The notes below the pieces were generated by a model. It was not told the DNA's origin. It made no database searches and was given only the letters and a program-made list of their open reading frames with translations. Positions 1 to 10,536 of a stretch of 64,000 bases of DNA are shown here, one piece after another. Position 1 is the stretch's first letter. The number at the start of each line of letters is the position of its first letter. A program made the position numbers and the translations under genes. The stretch spans positions 1-64,000 of the forward strand of contig JAXSPP010000006.1 of assembly GCA_037927135.1 (NCBI GenBank), read 5' to 3'. The DNA is from Candidatus Pampinifervens sinense (lineage in GTDB: Bacteria; Aquificota; Aquificia; Aquificales; Aquificaceae).

Positions 1-1
1 G

Positions 2-109
2 CTTTTCAATGCTGGTAGTGGGTGGAGGACTTTAACTTGTGTGCTTGTGTATGTATATGCTTATGCTATTGGATATAGTTATTACAGGAGGGGTGAACTT
101 GAGGTCTAA
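2..109 (+). CDS. 3' end of a gene truncated by the window edge (membrane-protein-like C-terminus)
   Basis: Open frame LFNAGSGWRTLTCVLVYVYAYAIGYSYYRRGELEV* from base 2 to TAA at 107-109; hydrophobic segment. Confidence 0.4.
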   Translation, partial: LFNAGSGWRTLTCVLVYVYAYAIGYSYYRRGELEV

Positions 110-152
110 TTTCTCACCCAGCGTATAAGAATAGTATAATCTTAAGGAGATA

Positions 153-578
153 ATGATGCCTGAGCTGTTGCTAGCCCTTTATACAGGCTTGTTTTTTACT
201 ATAGTTTTCATAGTTGCTCCCGTTTTGTTAAGAGCTAGGGAAAATAAAAACCTTGCGGGAAGGTTCTATGGATCCATCCTTTGGAGATCCTATAAGCTTG
301 CTTTTTTACTCCTAATGTCTTATCTTATTTTAGGAAATGAAAGGGTTTATACCTTACTCCTTATGCTGGGCCTTGGTCTAAACGTGGGGGTATCATACTG
401 GCTCAAAGCCTATAAGAGAAAATTGGGCAATATAGATCTTATTGATTACCATGATCCAAGGAGATCACTCTTTAGGAAGGTCTCCATGCTCTCAACCTTT
501 TTATTACTCATAAACTTTCTCATCTCCTTCTTTATACTTTTAAAAAAACTAAAAGGAGGTGGCTTTGCAGGAGTATAG
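153..578 (+). CDS. Small integral membrane protein (DUF4149/TMEM205-like)
   Basis: 141 aa, about 4 hydrophobic segments, FTIVFIVAPVLL motif; TATAAT and AAGGAG upstream. Confidence 0.65.
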   Translation: MMPELLLALYTGLFFTIVFIVAPVLLRARENKNLAGRFYGSILWRSYKLAFLLLMSYLILGNERVYTLLLMLGLGLNVGVSYWLKAYKRKLGNIDLIDYHDPRRSLFRKVSMLSTFLLLINFLISFFILLKKLKGGGFAGV

Positions 579-1080
579 GGTAAACAAACAGATTAAGGCT
601 AAGGAGGTAAGGCTTATAGACGAGAACGGTAAGCAGATAGGCATAGTCCCATTGCAAGAGGCTCTGAGGATAGCCAGTGAAAAGGGTTTGGATCTTGTAG
701 AGGTTGCTCCCAATGCCAACCCGCCCGTTTGTAAGATACTGGACTATGGGAAGTTCATGTACGAGCTTAAAAAGAAGGAAAAGGAAGCGAGGAAGAAGCA
801 GAGGGAGCACGCCATTGATGTAAAGGATATGATGCTATCCATCAGGATTGATGAGCATGACCTTAAGGTAAAACTAAAGCACATGAGAGAATTCCTCATG
901 GATGGAGATAAGGTAAGAGTAAGGATACGCTTTAGGGGAAGGGAACATTTACATCCTGAGCTTGGAGACAAGCTTGTAAACAGAATACTAGAGGAGCTCT
1001 CAGATGTAGGCCAACTTGAATCACCAGTGAAAAAAGAGGGAAACTTTTTGGTCTTCTCATTGCTTCCAAAGAGAAAATAA
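565..1080 (+). CDS. infC: Translation initiation factor IF-3
   Basis: VNKQIKAKEVRLID, GLDLVEVAPNANPPVCKILDYGK, RFRGRE motifs; no in-frame ATG at the start, TTG at 565 follows AGGAGGT. Confidence 0.97.
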   Translation: MQEYRVNKQIKAKEVRLIDENGKQIGIVPLQEALRIASEKGLDLVEVAPNANPPVCKILDYGKFMYELKKKEKEARKKQREHAIDVKDMMLSIRIDEHDLKVKLKHMREFLMDGDKVRVRIRFRGREHLHPELGDKLVNRILEELSDVGQLESPVKKEGNFLVFSLLPKRK

Positions 1081-1107
1081 ATTTTAAAATAAGAGGTGGA
1101 GGGGAAT

Positions 1108-2199
1108 ATGACGCCTGTTGGAGCAACCACAGAGATAAGGCTCATAGATATACTTCAGAAGGCGCTAAAGGCCAATGCCTCCGATATACATATAACAGCT
1201 GGTGCAAGGCCAGCGCTGCGTATAGATGGCAAGATTACACCCATGCTGGAGTATCCTATATTGACTCCAGAGATGACACAAAGACTGGTTTACTCTGTAA
1301 TGTCCGAAAAACACAGAAAGATCCTTGAAGAGAAAGGTCAAGTGGACTTTTCCTTTGGGGTAAAGGATATAGGTAGGTTTAGAGCAAATGTGTTTATGCA
1401 AAGAGGTTCTGTGGCAGCAGCTTTTAGAAGATTACCCCACAGGATAATGAGCGTAAAGGAGCTTGGTCTTCCCGAAAAGGTCCTTGAGTTATGTCATAAA
1501 AGCATGGGTCTTGTTCTTGTTACAGGTCCAACAGGTTCTGGTAAAAGTACAACCCTTGCAGCTCTAATAGAGTACATAAACCAAAACTTTCCATACCATA
1601 TAATAACCATAGAAGATCCTATAGAGTATGTCTTCTCCCACAAAAGAAGCATAGTTAACCAGAGGGAGATAGGTGAAGATGTACATAGCTTTGCAGATGC
1701 TTTAAGGGCTGCATTGAGAGAAGATCCGGATGTCATACTTGTTGGAGAGATGAGGGATTTGGAAACCATTGAAATAGCCTTAAGGGCTGCAGAAACAGGA
1801 CACTTAGTCTTTGGAACACTTCATACAAACACAGCCATATCTACTATAACAAGGATAGTGGATGTTTTTCCACCGGAGCAACAATCGCAAGTAATCATAC
1901 AGCTTTCCTTTGTCCTTCAGGGTGTCATATCCCAAAGACTCATTCCTAAGATAGGTGGTGGAAGGGTCCTTGCCTATGAGCTCTTGATACCTAACACGGC
2001 CATAAGGAACCTTATAAGAGAAAACAAGCTTCAACAGATATATCCTATCATGCAAAGCGGACAGGCAGAAACTGGTATGCAAACAATGAACCAATCTCTA
2101 TATTCACTTTACAAGGCGGGCCTTATCACCCTAGAGGATGCTTATAAGTATTCACCGGATGTCAAAGAGTTGGAGAATATGATAAAGAGAGGGGGATAA
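1108..2199 (+). CDS. pilT: Type IV pilus retraction ATPase PilT
   Basis: [18 protein letters not shown] Walker [48 protein letters not shown] 1108 follows GGAGG. Confidence 0.95.
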   Translation: MTPVGATTEIRLIDILQKALKANASDIHITAGARPALRIDGKITPMLEYPILTPEMTQRLVYSVMSEKHRKILEEKGQVDFSFGVKDIGRFRANVFMQRGSVAAAFRRLPHRIMSVKELGLPEKVLELCHKSMGLVLVTGPTGSGKSTTLAALIEYINQNFPYHIITIEDPIEYVFSHKRSIVNQREIGEDVHSFADALRAALREDPDVILVGEMRDLETIEIALRAAETGHLVFGTLHTNTAISTITRIVDVFPPEQQSQVIIQLSFVLQGVISQRLIPKIGGGRVLAYELLIPNTAIRNLIRENKLQQIYPIMQSGQAETGMQTMNQSLYSLYKAGLITLEDAYKYSPDVKELENMIKRGG

Positions 2200-2202
2200 A
2201 AA

Positions 2203-3435
2203 ATGCCAAGATATAGGTATAGGGCCTTTGATGATGCTGGTGCTTTGGTGGAAAGTGAGGGGGAGTATCCTACTCAAGAGGCTCTAATAGCGGACCTACA
2301 GCAAAGGGGCCTCACCGTTTTGCAGGTTATAAACCTTGAGGAGGGTAAAAAAGAGAGGAAAAGTATTTTAACCCTTTCTCTTTCCTTAGGGAGGAGTGTA
2401 AGCGATAGAGATCTTTCCATATTTTGTAGACAGCTAGGAACTATGATAAATGCAGGACTTAACCTTATAGACGCTTTAAATATATTGGCGGAACAACTAC
2501 CTAATAAAAAGCTTGCAGAAGCTAGTAAAAAAGTGGCGGTAATGGTTAATGAAGGAAGGCCTCTATCCAATTCTATGGCAGAATTTCCTTCAGTCTTTCC
2601 AGAATTCATAGTAAACCTTGTAAAGGTTGGTGAGGAGACTGGTAATCTGGACATCGCTTTAATGAGGGCTGCAGATTATTATGAAAAAATGGCTTCAATA
2701 AAAAATAAGATTAAAAGCGCTTCCTTCTATCCCACCTTTGTAGTTATAGTAGCCACCATTATAGTAACAGGTATTTTGTATTTCTTAGTTCCCACCTTTG
2801 CAGAAATATACGCTTCCCTCGGCGGTGAGCTACCATTACCCACTCAGATGCTTATAGCGGCATCAAACCTAATAAGGTCTAACCTTCTTTATGCACTTGC
2901 TTTTATAATAGGCTTCTTCTTTCTTTTTAGATTCTTGATGAAGAATGTTTATCAGTTTAGAAGGGCAGTTCACACCTTTATGCTAAGAGCTCCCAAAATG
3001 GGAGATCTTGTGGTAAAAAGCACCATGGCCAGGTTTGCAAGGACCATGGCAACCCTCTTTTCCAGTGGTGTGCAACTTGAAAGGGCCTTTGAAATAGCAG
3101 GCCAGGTGGCTGGTAATGTGAGGATAAAGGAAGCTTTGGAAATGGCAAAAAAGGATGTTATTGAGGGAGCGCCCATGTACAAAGCTCTTGAAAAAACTGG
3201 CATGTTCCCAAAGCTTATAATTGCTATGGTTAGAGTTGGCGAGGATACAGGTAGACTGGATGAGATGCTTGACACAATAGCCAGATTTTACGAAGACGAG
3301 TTTGACAAGGCCGTGGAAGGTATGATAAAGCTTATAGAGCCTATGCTTATTGTGTTTATAGGTGGAGTGGTAGGTTTAATACTCATAGCCTTATATTTGC
3401 CCATCTTTAAGATGGGAGAACTGATAAAATCTTAA
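2203..3435 (+). CDS. pilC: Type IV pilus inner-membrane platform protein (PilC/GspF family)
   Basis: Two GspF repeats (RQLGTMINAG..VGEETGNLD; RTMATLFSSGV..VGEDTGRLD), EPMLIV; next to pilT. Confidence 0.93.
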   Translation: MPRYRYRAFDDAGALVESEGEYPTQEALIADLQQRGLTVLQVINLEEGKKERKSILTLSLSLGRSVSDRDLSIFCRQLGTMINAGLNLIDALNILAEQLPNKKLAEASKKVAVMVNEGRPLSNSMAEFPSVFPEFIVNLVKVGEETGNLDIALMRAADYYEKMASIKNKIKSASFYPTFVVIVATIIVTGILYFLVPTFAEIYASLGGELPLPTQMLIAASNLIRSNLLYALAFIIGFFFLFRFLMKNVYQFRRAVHTFMLRAPKMGDLVVKSTMARFARTMATLFSSGVQLERAFEIAGQVAGNVRIKEALEMAKKDVIEGAPMYKALEKTGMFPKLIIAMVRVGEDTGRLDEMLDTIARFYEDEFDKAVEGMIKLIEPMLIVFIGGVVGLILIALYLPIFKMGELIKS

Positions 3436-3439
3436 ACTT

Positions 3440-4543
3440 ATGCTTAGCGTAGGGATTGTAGGACTACCAAACGTAGGAAAGTCTACCCTTTTTAATGCCC
3501 TAATACAGGCGGCAAAGGCTGCCGCAGCCAACTACCCCTTTTGCACCATAGAGCCAAACGTAGGCACTGTGGAGGTGCCAGACAAAAGGCTCTATGAGAT
3601 AGCAAGGCTTGAAAGGTCAAAAAGGGTGGTGCCTACCTTTATAGAGTTTGTGGATATTGCAGGTCTTGTGCGCAACGCCAGCAAGGGTGAAGGCCTTGGA
3701 AACCAGTTTTTGGCTCACATAAGGGAAGTGGACGCCATAGCCATGGTGCTAAGGTGCTTTGAAAACCCAGAGGTGGTGCATGTGGAAGGTTCGGTAGACC
3801 CTATAAGAGATGCCCAGATAATAGACCTTGAGCTAATAGCCAAGGACTTAGAAACAGTAGAAAAAAGGATGGAGAAGGTGGAGAAGATGGCAAGGATTGG
3901 AGACAAAAAGGCAAAGGAAGAGCTAAGCATGCTTGAGTCAATAAGGGCCATACTTGAAAAGATGGAGCCTATAAGAAAGCATGCAAGAAATTTAGACTCA
4001 GAGGTCTTGGACTATGCAAAAAGGAACCTTTTCCTGCTTACGGCCAAACCCTTGATGTATGTGGCAAACGTGAGCGAGAAGGATTTGCCAGAAGGGAATG
4101 AGTTTAGCAAGAGGGTCTTTGAGTATGCCAAGGAAGAGGGGTCTCCCGCCGTGCTAATATGCGCCAAGCTGGAAGAAGAACTTATAGGCCTTGAACCAGA
4201 AGAAAAGGAGGAGCTTTTAAAATCCTATGGTCTTGAAGAACCGGGGCTAAACAGGCTAATAAGAGAAGCATACAAGCTTTTGGACCTTATCACCTTTTTC
4301 ACCACTGGAGAGAAAGAGACAAGGGCTTGGACGGTAAAGAAAGGCACAAAGGCTCCACAGGCCGCAGGCAAAATACACTCTGACTTTGAAAGAGGCTTTA
4401 TAGCTGCAGAGGTGATAAACTATGAGGATTACATAAAGGTTGGGTCCCTTAGCAAGGCAAAGGAGCTTGGCTTGGTAAGGCTTGAAGGAAAGGACTATGA
4501 GATAAAGGATGGAGATATTGTGTATTTCCGCTTCAATGTGTAA
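3440..4543 (+). CDS. ychF: Ribosome-binding ATPase YchF
   Basis: GIVGLPNVGKSTLFNAL, ANYPFCTIEPN, DIAGLV, GEGLGNQFL, AGKIHSDFERGFI. Confidence 0.97.
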   Translation: MLSVGIVGLPNVGKSTLFNALIQAAKAAAANYPFCTIEPNVGTVEVPDKRLYEIARLERSKRVVPTFIEFVDIAGLVRNASKGEGLGNQFLAHIREVDAIAMVLRCFENPEVVHVEGSVDPIRDAQIIDLELIAKDLETVEKRMEKVEKMARIGDKKAKEELSMLESIRAILEKMEPIRKHARNLDSEVLDYAKRNLFLLTAKPLMYVANVSEKDLPEGNEFSKRVFEYAKEEGSPAVLICAKLEEELIGLEPEEKEELLKSYGLEEPGLNRLIREAYKLLDLITFFTTGEKETRAWTVKKGTKAPQAAGKIHSDFERGFIAAEVINYEDYIKVGSLSKAKELGLVRLEGKDYEIKDGDIVYFRFNV

Positions 4544-5576
4544 GCTCTTCAAGCTCTTTTATAAAGTTTTTTAAAACCACGTCCCTTGAAAATTTTCTTT
4601 TGTACAAGTTGTATGAATGTATGGAAAATTCCTTCCACCTCTCTGCAGCCATCTTCATCTTTTCTTTGAGGTCTTCCACATCACCTACCTTAAAGACATA
4701 GCCGTTCTTCTCCTCTTCTACAGCCTCCTTAATGCCCCCCACATCGGAGACCACCAAGGCGCACCCGCAGGCTAGGGCTTCTATAGCCACCCTTGTCATG
4801 GCCTCTGTGTTCCTTGAGGGTATTACACAGACATGGGCCATCTTATAGTAATCTTCTACCCTTGGTGTATAACCTATAAGATGGACTTTGTCTTTGAGGC
4901 CATATTTTTCTACAAAGCTTTTGACCTCACCCATGGCTTTCCCATCGCCCACCACATAGGCCTCTACATCTTTTCTTTCCAATGACAACTTATAAAAGGC
5001 TTCAAGGAAGTCAAAAATACCCTTTCCCCTATCCACTTTGCCCACAAAGAGAAAGTTTATCTTGCCTTCTTCCTTTTCTGCGTAGCCAAAACGTGCCTCT
5101 TCTATAAGGTTGTAAATTACTTTTATCCTTTCTGGCCTTACGCCTTCTCTTATCAAGTTTTCTTTCACACGCTCGCTTACCGCAAAAAACCTATCCACAT
5201 AGGGAAAGACAAACTTCCTTACCATCCACTCCTTCATCCTTTCCATGTGTCTAAAGAAGGCTACCTTTATTCCAGCTACTTTGCCCGCCAAGAGGGCATT
5301 CACATACTCTTTTCCGTTGTTGGCTATAATAAGCTTTGGCTTTTCCTTTATTAGCAACTTGGCAAGCCTTATGGTGCTAAGGAGAGCAAGGCTGTTTGGA
5401 AAAGAAAGGTGGTATTTTTTTATGCCCTCTGTGTGTTTGTCCACGTAAGAGCCTTTTGCACAGATAAGCACCACATCAATGCCTTCCTTTGAAAGCTCCT
5501 TTACCATCTGTATGGTGTGAAGCTCTGTGCCGCCAAAGTTGGGGTTTGGATTGCCGTTTAGCCATGCTATCTTCAT
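4533..5576 (-). CDS. Glycosyltransferase family 4 (GT-B)
   Basis: FGGTE N-terminal motif, VGKVDRGKG, EAMTRVAIEALACG..SDVGGIKE. Confidence 0.9.
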   Translation of the reverse strand: MKIAWLNGNPNPNFGGTELHTIQMVKELSKEGIDVVLICAKGSYVDKHTEGIKKYHLSFPNSLALLSTIRLAKLLIKEKPKLIIANNGKEYVNALLAGKVAGIKVAFFRHMERMKEWMVRKFVFPYVDRFFAVSERVKENLIREGVRPERIKVIYNLIEEARFGYAEKEEGKINFLFVGKVDRGKGIFDFLEAFYKLSLERKDVEAYVVGDGKAMGEVKSFVEKYGLKDKVHLIGYTPRVEDYYKMAHVCVIPSRNTEAMTRVAIEALACGCALVVSDVGGIKEAVEEEKNGYVFKVGDVEDLKEKMKMAAERWKEFSIHSYNLYKRKFSRDVVLKNFIKELEELTH

Positions 5577-6259
5577 AGTAGAACCTTATACAAAAACTTT
5601 GGAAGAAAGTCGTTGCCAAAGATGGTTATACGTCTTACCTCAAAGAGGTTTTCACTCTCTTCAAAGCTTCCATGCCTTGTGGTAAAGGCTATGCTATAGC
5701 CAGCCCTTTGGACCATGTCCTTTATTCGTTGGTTGTAGTCTCCGTAGGGATAACAGAAGGCCCTTATCTCTGTTCCAAGCTTGTCTTCAAGAATAACTTT
5801 TGAAGTGTATATCTCCTCCCATGCCTTTTTAGGGTCTATCTTTGAAAGATAAGGATGTGTAAGACTATGGGAGCCTATCTCAAAGCCAAGGCTATGAAGC
5901 TCTTTTATCTGTTCCCAGTTCATTATAGGTTTTTTGACTCTTATGCGATCATGGTCCCATCGGTTGTAGCTCCCTACAAGGGCTACAGGTACAAAGATCA
6001 CACATCTGACCTTTAGTTCCATAAAGGTAGGAAGGGCATTCTCCCAAAAATCCAGATAGGCATCGTCAAAGGTAAGCAAAACCCCTTTTTTAGTATTCTT
6101 GTTTAATAATAGGTCCCCTAAGCTGAGAAAGTTAAAGCCCATAAACTTAAGAAGCTTTACCTGTCTTTTTAACTGTTCTCTACCAACAAAAAGTGTTTTT
6201 AACTTTGCTCCCTTAGGAGGTTTTCCTACGTTATGGTAAGTTAGGATTTTTATACTCAC
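5573..6259 (-). CDS. Polysaccharide deacetylase (NodB/CE4 family)
   Basis: ILTYH, LTFDDAY, IGSHSLTH, FCYPYG motifs; GTG start at 6259 chosen to avoid overlap with fliG. Confidence 0.9.
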   Translation of the reverse strand: MSIKILTYHNVGKPPKGAKLKTLFVGREQLKRQVKLLKFMGFNFLSLGDLLLNKNTKKGVLLTFDDAYLDFWENALPTFMELKVRCVIFVPVALVGSYNRWDHDRIRVKKPIMNWEQIKELHSLGFEIGSHSLTHPYLSKIDPKKAWEEIYTSKVILEDKLGTEIRAFCYPYGDYNQRIKDMVQRAGYSIAFTTRHGSFEESENLFEVRRITIFGNDFLPKFLYKVLL

Positions 6260-6278
6260 AAGTTTATATTTTATATCT

Positions 6279-7283
6279 ATGCCGGAAGTGAAAAGCAAAC
6301 TTACCAAAGCTCAAAAGGCTGCCATACTTCTTATGGCCATGCCACCGCAGGTAGCTGTGGAAGTTATGAAAGAACTTTCCGATGATGAAATCCAAGAGGT
6401 TTTATTGCACGCAACCAATTTAGAAGGTGTTACTTTAAAGGATATAGAAGAGATTGCAAAAGAGTTTATAGAAGAGTATAAAGCTACCACCTTCTTAAGT
6501 CCGGATATAGATCAGCTTCTTGAGTTTGCTCGCAAAGTGCTACCACCGGATAAATTCGCTAAAATCTACGAGTTTCTAACAAGCTCCAACCTCATAAAAA
6601 GCTTTCAAGAGCTTGAAAGGGTTGATAGTAAAATCCTTGCAAATATTCTGAGGAATGAACATCCTCAAACCATAGCCGTTGTTCTCTCACAGCTAAGCCC
6701 AGCTAAATCTGCAGAGATATTAAAGTTGCTACCAGACAGTCTGTCTGTGGAGGTAGTAAAGAGGCTAGCCACCCTTGAAAACATATCACCCGAGTTCTTC
6801 GGAGAGCTTATAGAAGTGCTTGCGGAGGAGATAAGAAATATGGGTGTGAGCGGTATTATGCAAAAAATGGAAGGCATAACATTGGCTGCAGAACTTTTAA
6901 ACATCTTAGATAAAGACAAGACAAACATGATCCTTTCTAAGCTTGATCAAGAGGATCCTTATCTTTCGGAAAAGATAAAGGAAAAGATGTTTACCTTTGA
7001 AGACATAAGGAAGCTTGACAATAGGGCCATAGTGGAAATATTGAAGGCTGTTGATAAAAGCACGCTTATAATAGCCCTTAAAGGTGCGCCAGAAGATATA
7101 AGGGAAAAGTTCTTCTCCAATATGTCTAAAAAAGCTGCTGAGATAATGAGAGAGGATATGGAAGCGCTAGGTCCTGTGAGAGCATCTGAAGTAGAAAAGG
7201 CTCAAAAGCAGGTGGTAAAGGTGATTAAAAACTTGGCAGATCAAGGAATAATAGACATTTCTGGAAGAGAGTCTTATGTATAA
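6279..7283 (+). CDS. fliG: Flagellar motor switch protein FliG
   Basis: QKAAILLM, EHPQTIA, MFTFEDI, ALKGA, NMSKKAA motifs. Confidence 0.97.
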   Translation: MPEVKSKLTKAQKAAILLMAMPPQVAVEVMKELSDDEIQEVLLHATNLEGVTLKDIEEIAKEFIEEYKATTFLSPDIDQLLEFARKVLPPDKFAKIYEFLTSSNLIKSFQELERVDSKILANILRNEHPQTIAVVLSQLSPAKSAEILKLLPDSLSVEVVKRLATLENISPEFFGELIEVLAEEIRNMGVSGIMQKMEGITLAAELLNILDKDKTNMILSKLDQEDPYLSEKIKEKMFTFEDIRKLDNRAIVEILKAVDKSTLIIALKGAPEDIREKFFSNMSKKAAEIMREDMEALGPVRASEVEKAQKQVVKVIKNLADQGIIDISGRESYV

Positions 7284-7947
7284 AGAGGAGTTCAAGCTTC
7301 TGTATCATACTATTGAAGAAGAAAAAGTAAAGGAGGAGGCAGAAGGACAAAAGCAGCCTTGTAAGGAGGAAAGCAAAGATCATATCTATAAGGAAGAGAT
7401 AGAAAGGTTGGAAAATGAGTTGGAAAATTTGAAGCTTACAATAAGCAGGTTGGAGGAGGAAAGGCTTAGTCTTTTGAAGGAGAAAAAGGCACTGGCCAAA
7501 GCTCTGGAAGAAAGGGAAAGTTTGGAAAAGCTAATAGAGAGGCTTGCAGCGGGGATAAAGGAGGTCATAAGAGAAGGAAGGGCAAAGATAAAGGATGATG
7601 TATTGGAGCTTACCGTTGGCATTTTAAAAAAGCTGTTGCTGACAGATATTTTGCCAAAGGAGGAAGCCATACTACGTGCCCTGTCAAAGGTTATAGAATC
7701 GGGCATTGATCTAAAGGGTCAGGTTAATCTATACCTAAATCCTAAGGATCTTCAAAAGATAGGACCATATTTGGAAAAACTAAGGAAAGAGGTAGAAGAT
7801 CTTCTATCTCTTAACGCTGTAGCAAAAGAAGACATTGGAGAGGGGGAATTTTTGATAGAGACGCAAAAGTTGTGGATAGAGAGGCGCTATGAAGATATAC
7901 TACAGGATATATTGGAAGATCTAAGGGTGGATGAAGGGGGTTTTTAG
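7276..7947 (+). CDS. fliH: Flagellar assembly protein FliH (probable)
   Basis: Coiled-coil N-terminus, LYLNPKD..IGEGEFLIET C-terminal pattern; between fliG and fliI. Confidence 0.75.
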   Translation: MYKEEFKLLYHTIEEEKVKEEAEGQKQPCKEESKDHIYKEEIERLENELENLKLTISRLEEERLSLLKEKKALAKALEERESLEKLIERLAAGIKEVIREGRAKIKDDVLELTVGILKKLLLTDILPKEEAILRALSKVIESGIDLKGQVNLYLNPKDLQKIGPYLEKLRKEVEDLLSLNAVAKEDIGEGEFLIETQKLWIERRYEDILQDILEDLRVDEGGF

Positions 7948-9208
7948 GATATACCATAAGATTTACAAGGCAAGCGGTATCTATCTTGAAGCCTACAACA
8001 CATACGGTGCTATAGGGGACCATGTGATAATATACAGCGACAGAAAGTGTAGTGTGGAGGGTGAAATAATAGGTTTTAATGAAGACAGATGCCTAATTAT
8101 GCCCTATAGCCATGTGTGGGGGATAAAGGCGGGGGATAAGGTGTGGATTAAAAAGGAGCATGTGTCTACCGTATGTGGAACAAATCTACTGGGTGAGGTT
8201 GTTGATCCCTTTGGTAGAAGCCTCATCAACGGTAAAGAGCTAAGGGGAGAAAAAAGACCTATACTCTTAGAAGATATAAATCCTTTAAAAAGGGAAAGGA
8301 TAAAGGAGGTTTTTGATTGTGGCATAAGGTCCATAAACGCCCTTTTTACGCTGGGTAAGGGACAAAAGGTAGGTATATTTGCGGGTGCTGGTGTGGGCAA
8401 AAGCACCCTTTTGGGTATGATTGTAAGGAACAGCAAAGTTGATGCGGTGGTGCTTGCCCTTATAGGTGAAAGAGGAAGGGAGGTGAAGGAGTTTTTGGAG
8501 GATGTGCTTGGAGAAGAAGGAAGAAGGAAAAGCGTAGTGATAGCCACCACCTCGGACCAGACGCCTATTCTAAAGGTGAAAGGAGCCATAAGTGCTTTGG
8601 TTCATGCTAGATATTTAGCGGAAAAAGGTATGGATGTGCTTCTTGTTATGGATTCTATTACCAGACTTGCCATGGCCCAAAGGGAGGTTGGTCTATCTGC
8701 GGGCGAGCCACCCACCATGAAAGCCTATACTCCTTCAGTCTTTTACCTTCTTTCCAAGGTGGTAGAAAGCTGTGGAAACTTTGGCAAAGGCAGTATAACG
8801 GGCATATTTAGCGTGCTTGTGGAAGGAGACGACATTAGCCTGGATCCTGTGGCAGACTCCCTTATGGCCGTCCTTGATGGACACATAATCCTTTCCAGAA
8901 AAAGGGCCAACGCGGGGCTTTTCCCAGCAATAGATCCTGTAAGGAGCCTTAGCAGGCTTATGCCACAGGTAGTAAGTCAGGAACATATGAAGATGGCCAT
9001 GCATTTGAAGGAAATCCTCAGCGTTTACGAATCTATGGAAGATATGGTTAGCTTAGGTCTTTACACTCCAGGAAGCAATCCAATGGGGGATAAAGTGATA
9101 AAACATAGGGAAGAGATAAATAGATTTTTTAGACAAGGTATAGAGGAGAGTGTTAGCTTTGAAGAAAGCCTCAAAGATCTTAAAAACCTTTATGAGAAGT
9201 TGATATAA
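7931..9208 (+). CDS. fliI: Flagellar export ATPase FliI
   Basis: GQKVGIFAGAGVGKSTL, LIGERGREV, MDSITRLAMAQRE, LDGHIILSR. Confidence 0.95.
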   Translation: MKGVFRIYHKIYKASGIYLEAYNTYGAIGDHVIIYSDRKCSVEGEIIGFNEDRCLIMPYSHVWGIKAGDKVWIKKEHVSTVCGTNLLGEVVDPFGRSLINGKELRGEKRPILLEDINPLKRERIKEVFDCGIRSINALFTLGKGQKVGIFAGAGVGKSTLLGMIVRNSKVDAVVLALIGERGREVKEFLEDVLGEEGRRKSVVIATTSDQTPILKVKGAISALVHARYLAEKGMDVLLVMDSITRLAMAQREVGLSAGEPPTMKAYTPSVFYLLSKVVESCGNFGKGSITGIFSVLVEGDDISLDPVADSLMAVLDGHIILSRKRANAGLFPAIDPVRSLSRLMPQVVSQEHMKMAMHLKEILSVYESMEDMVSLGLYTPGSNPMGDKVIKHREEINRFFRQGIEESVSFEESLKDLKNLYEKLI

Positions 9209-9222
9209 AATATTAACTTGCC

Positions 9223-10536
9223 ATGGTAGAGATAAAAAGCTACGCGGAAGAGAAGGTAGAGAGGGCAAGATCAACCCTCAGAAAGCTTATATCCTTAAAT
9301 ACAGAAGTAAAGAATAAAACCCTTCTCAAGATAGCGGAGCTTTTGGATGCCAACAGGGACTTTTTAAAGGAGGAGAATGCAAAAGACGTAGAGTATGCAA
9401 AGTCCCAAGGCCTATCTTCGGCCCTTATAGACAGACTACTTCTTAACGATAAGCGTATAGATGGAATGATAAAAGTGCTAAAGGATGTGGCATCCTTGCC
9501 AGATCCTGTAGGTGAAATCACGCGCATGTGGACCCTTCCCAACGGGCTTCATGTGGGAAGGATGAGGGTTCCCCTAGGCCTTATCTTCATAATCTATGAG
9601 GCAAGGCCCAACGTAACCATAGAAGCAGCCTCTCTTTGTATGAAGTCTTCTAATGCGGTTATCCTAAGAGGGGGAAAGGAGGCCATAAACTCCAACAGGG
9701 CCCTTGTGGAGATGATACACAAAGCTTGTAGAGAAACGGGCTTTCCAGAGGAGGCAGTGCAGTTTATAGACAGACCGGAAAGGGAGATAGTGTGGGAGAT
9801 ACTTAAGATGGAGGGTAAGGTGGATGTGGCCATACCAAGGGGTGGAGAAAGCCTAATAAGGGCTGTGGCAGAGAATGCAAGGGTGCCTGTAATAAAACAC
9901 TACAAAGGAGTTTGCAACATATATGTGGATGAGGATGCGGACCTTACAAAGGCCTATCATATAGTTTACAATGCCAAGGTTCAAAGGCCGTCCGTTTGCA
10001 ACGCGGTAGAAAACTTGATAATCCATAGAAGTCTTCTTAACACCTTTTGGCCAAAGATGGCCGATATCCTTGGAAGGGCTGGTGTGGAGCTAAGGTGCGA
10101 TGAAGAAAGCCTGCAAGTAATAAGGTCTAGACCGGAGCTTTCCCATGTTAAGGCAGTGCCTGCCACAGAGGAAGACTACTATGAAGAGTTTTTGGACCTT
10201 ATCCTTGCGGTAAAAACGGTGGGAAGCCTTGATGAAGCCATAGAGTTTATAGAGAAGTATGGTTCAAAGCACTCCGATGCCATAATCACAGAGAACTACA
10301 CAAAGGCCATGAGGTTTATAAAAGAGGTGGATTCGGCAGCGGTTTATGTAAATGCTTCAACGCGCTTTACCGATGGAAACGAGTTTGGCCTAGGTGCAGA
10401 GATGGGCATTTCTACCGATAAGATACATGCAAGGGGACCTATGGCCCTTGAAGAATTAACCATTCAAAAGTTCATCATCTTTGGCAATGGTCAGGTAAGG
10501 GATAACGTGGGGGTTCCACCCCAATGGATGCAATAG
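9223..10536 (+). CDS. proA: Gamma-glutamyl phosphate reductase
   Basis: IIYEARPNVT, LRGGKEA, IPRGG, RPSVCNA, VNASTRFTDG, ISTDKIHARGPM. Confidence 0.97.
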   Translation: MVEIKSYAEEKVERARSTLRKLISLNTEVKNKTLLKIAELLDANRDFLKEENAKDVEYAKSQGLSSALIDRLLLNDKRIDGMIKVLKDVASLPDPVGEITRMWTLPNGLHVGRMRVPLGLIFIIYEARPNVTIEAASLCMKSSNAVILRGGKEAINSNRALVEMIHKACRETGFPEEAVQFIDRPEREIVWEILKMEGKVDVAIPRGGESLIRAVAENARVPVIKHYKGVCNIYVDEDADLTKAYHIVYNAKVQRPSVCNAVENLIIHRSLLNTFWPKMADILGRAGVELRCDEESLQVIRSRPELSHVKAVPATEEDYYEEFLDLILAVKTVGSLDEAIEFIEKYGSKHSDAIITENYTKAMRFIKEVDSAAVYVNASTRFTDGNEFGLGAEMGISTDKIHARGPMALEELTIQKFIIFGNGQVRDNVGVPPQWMQ

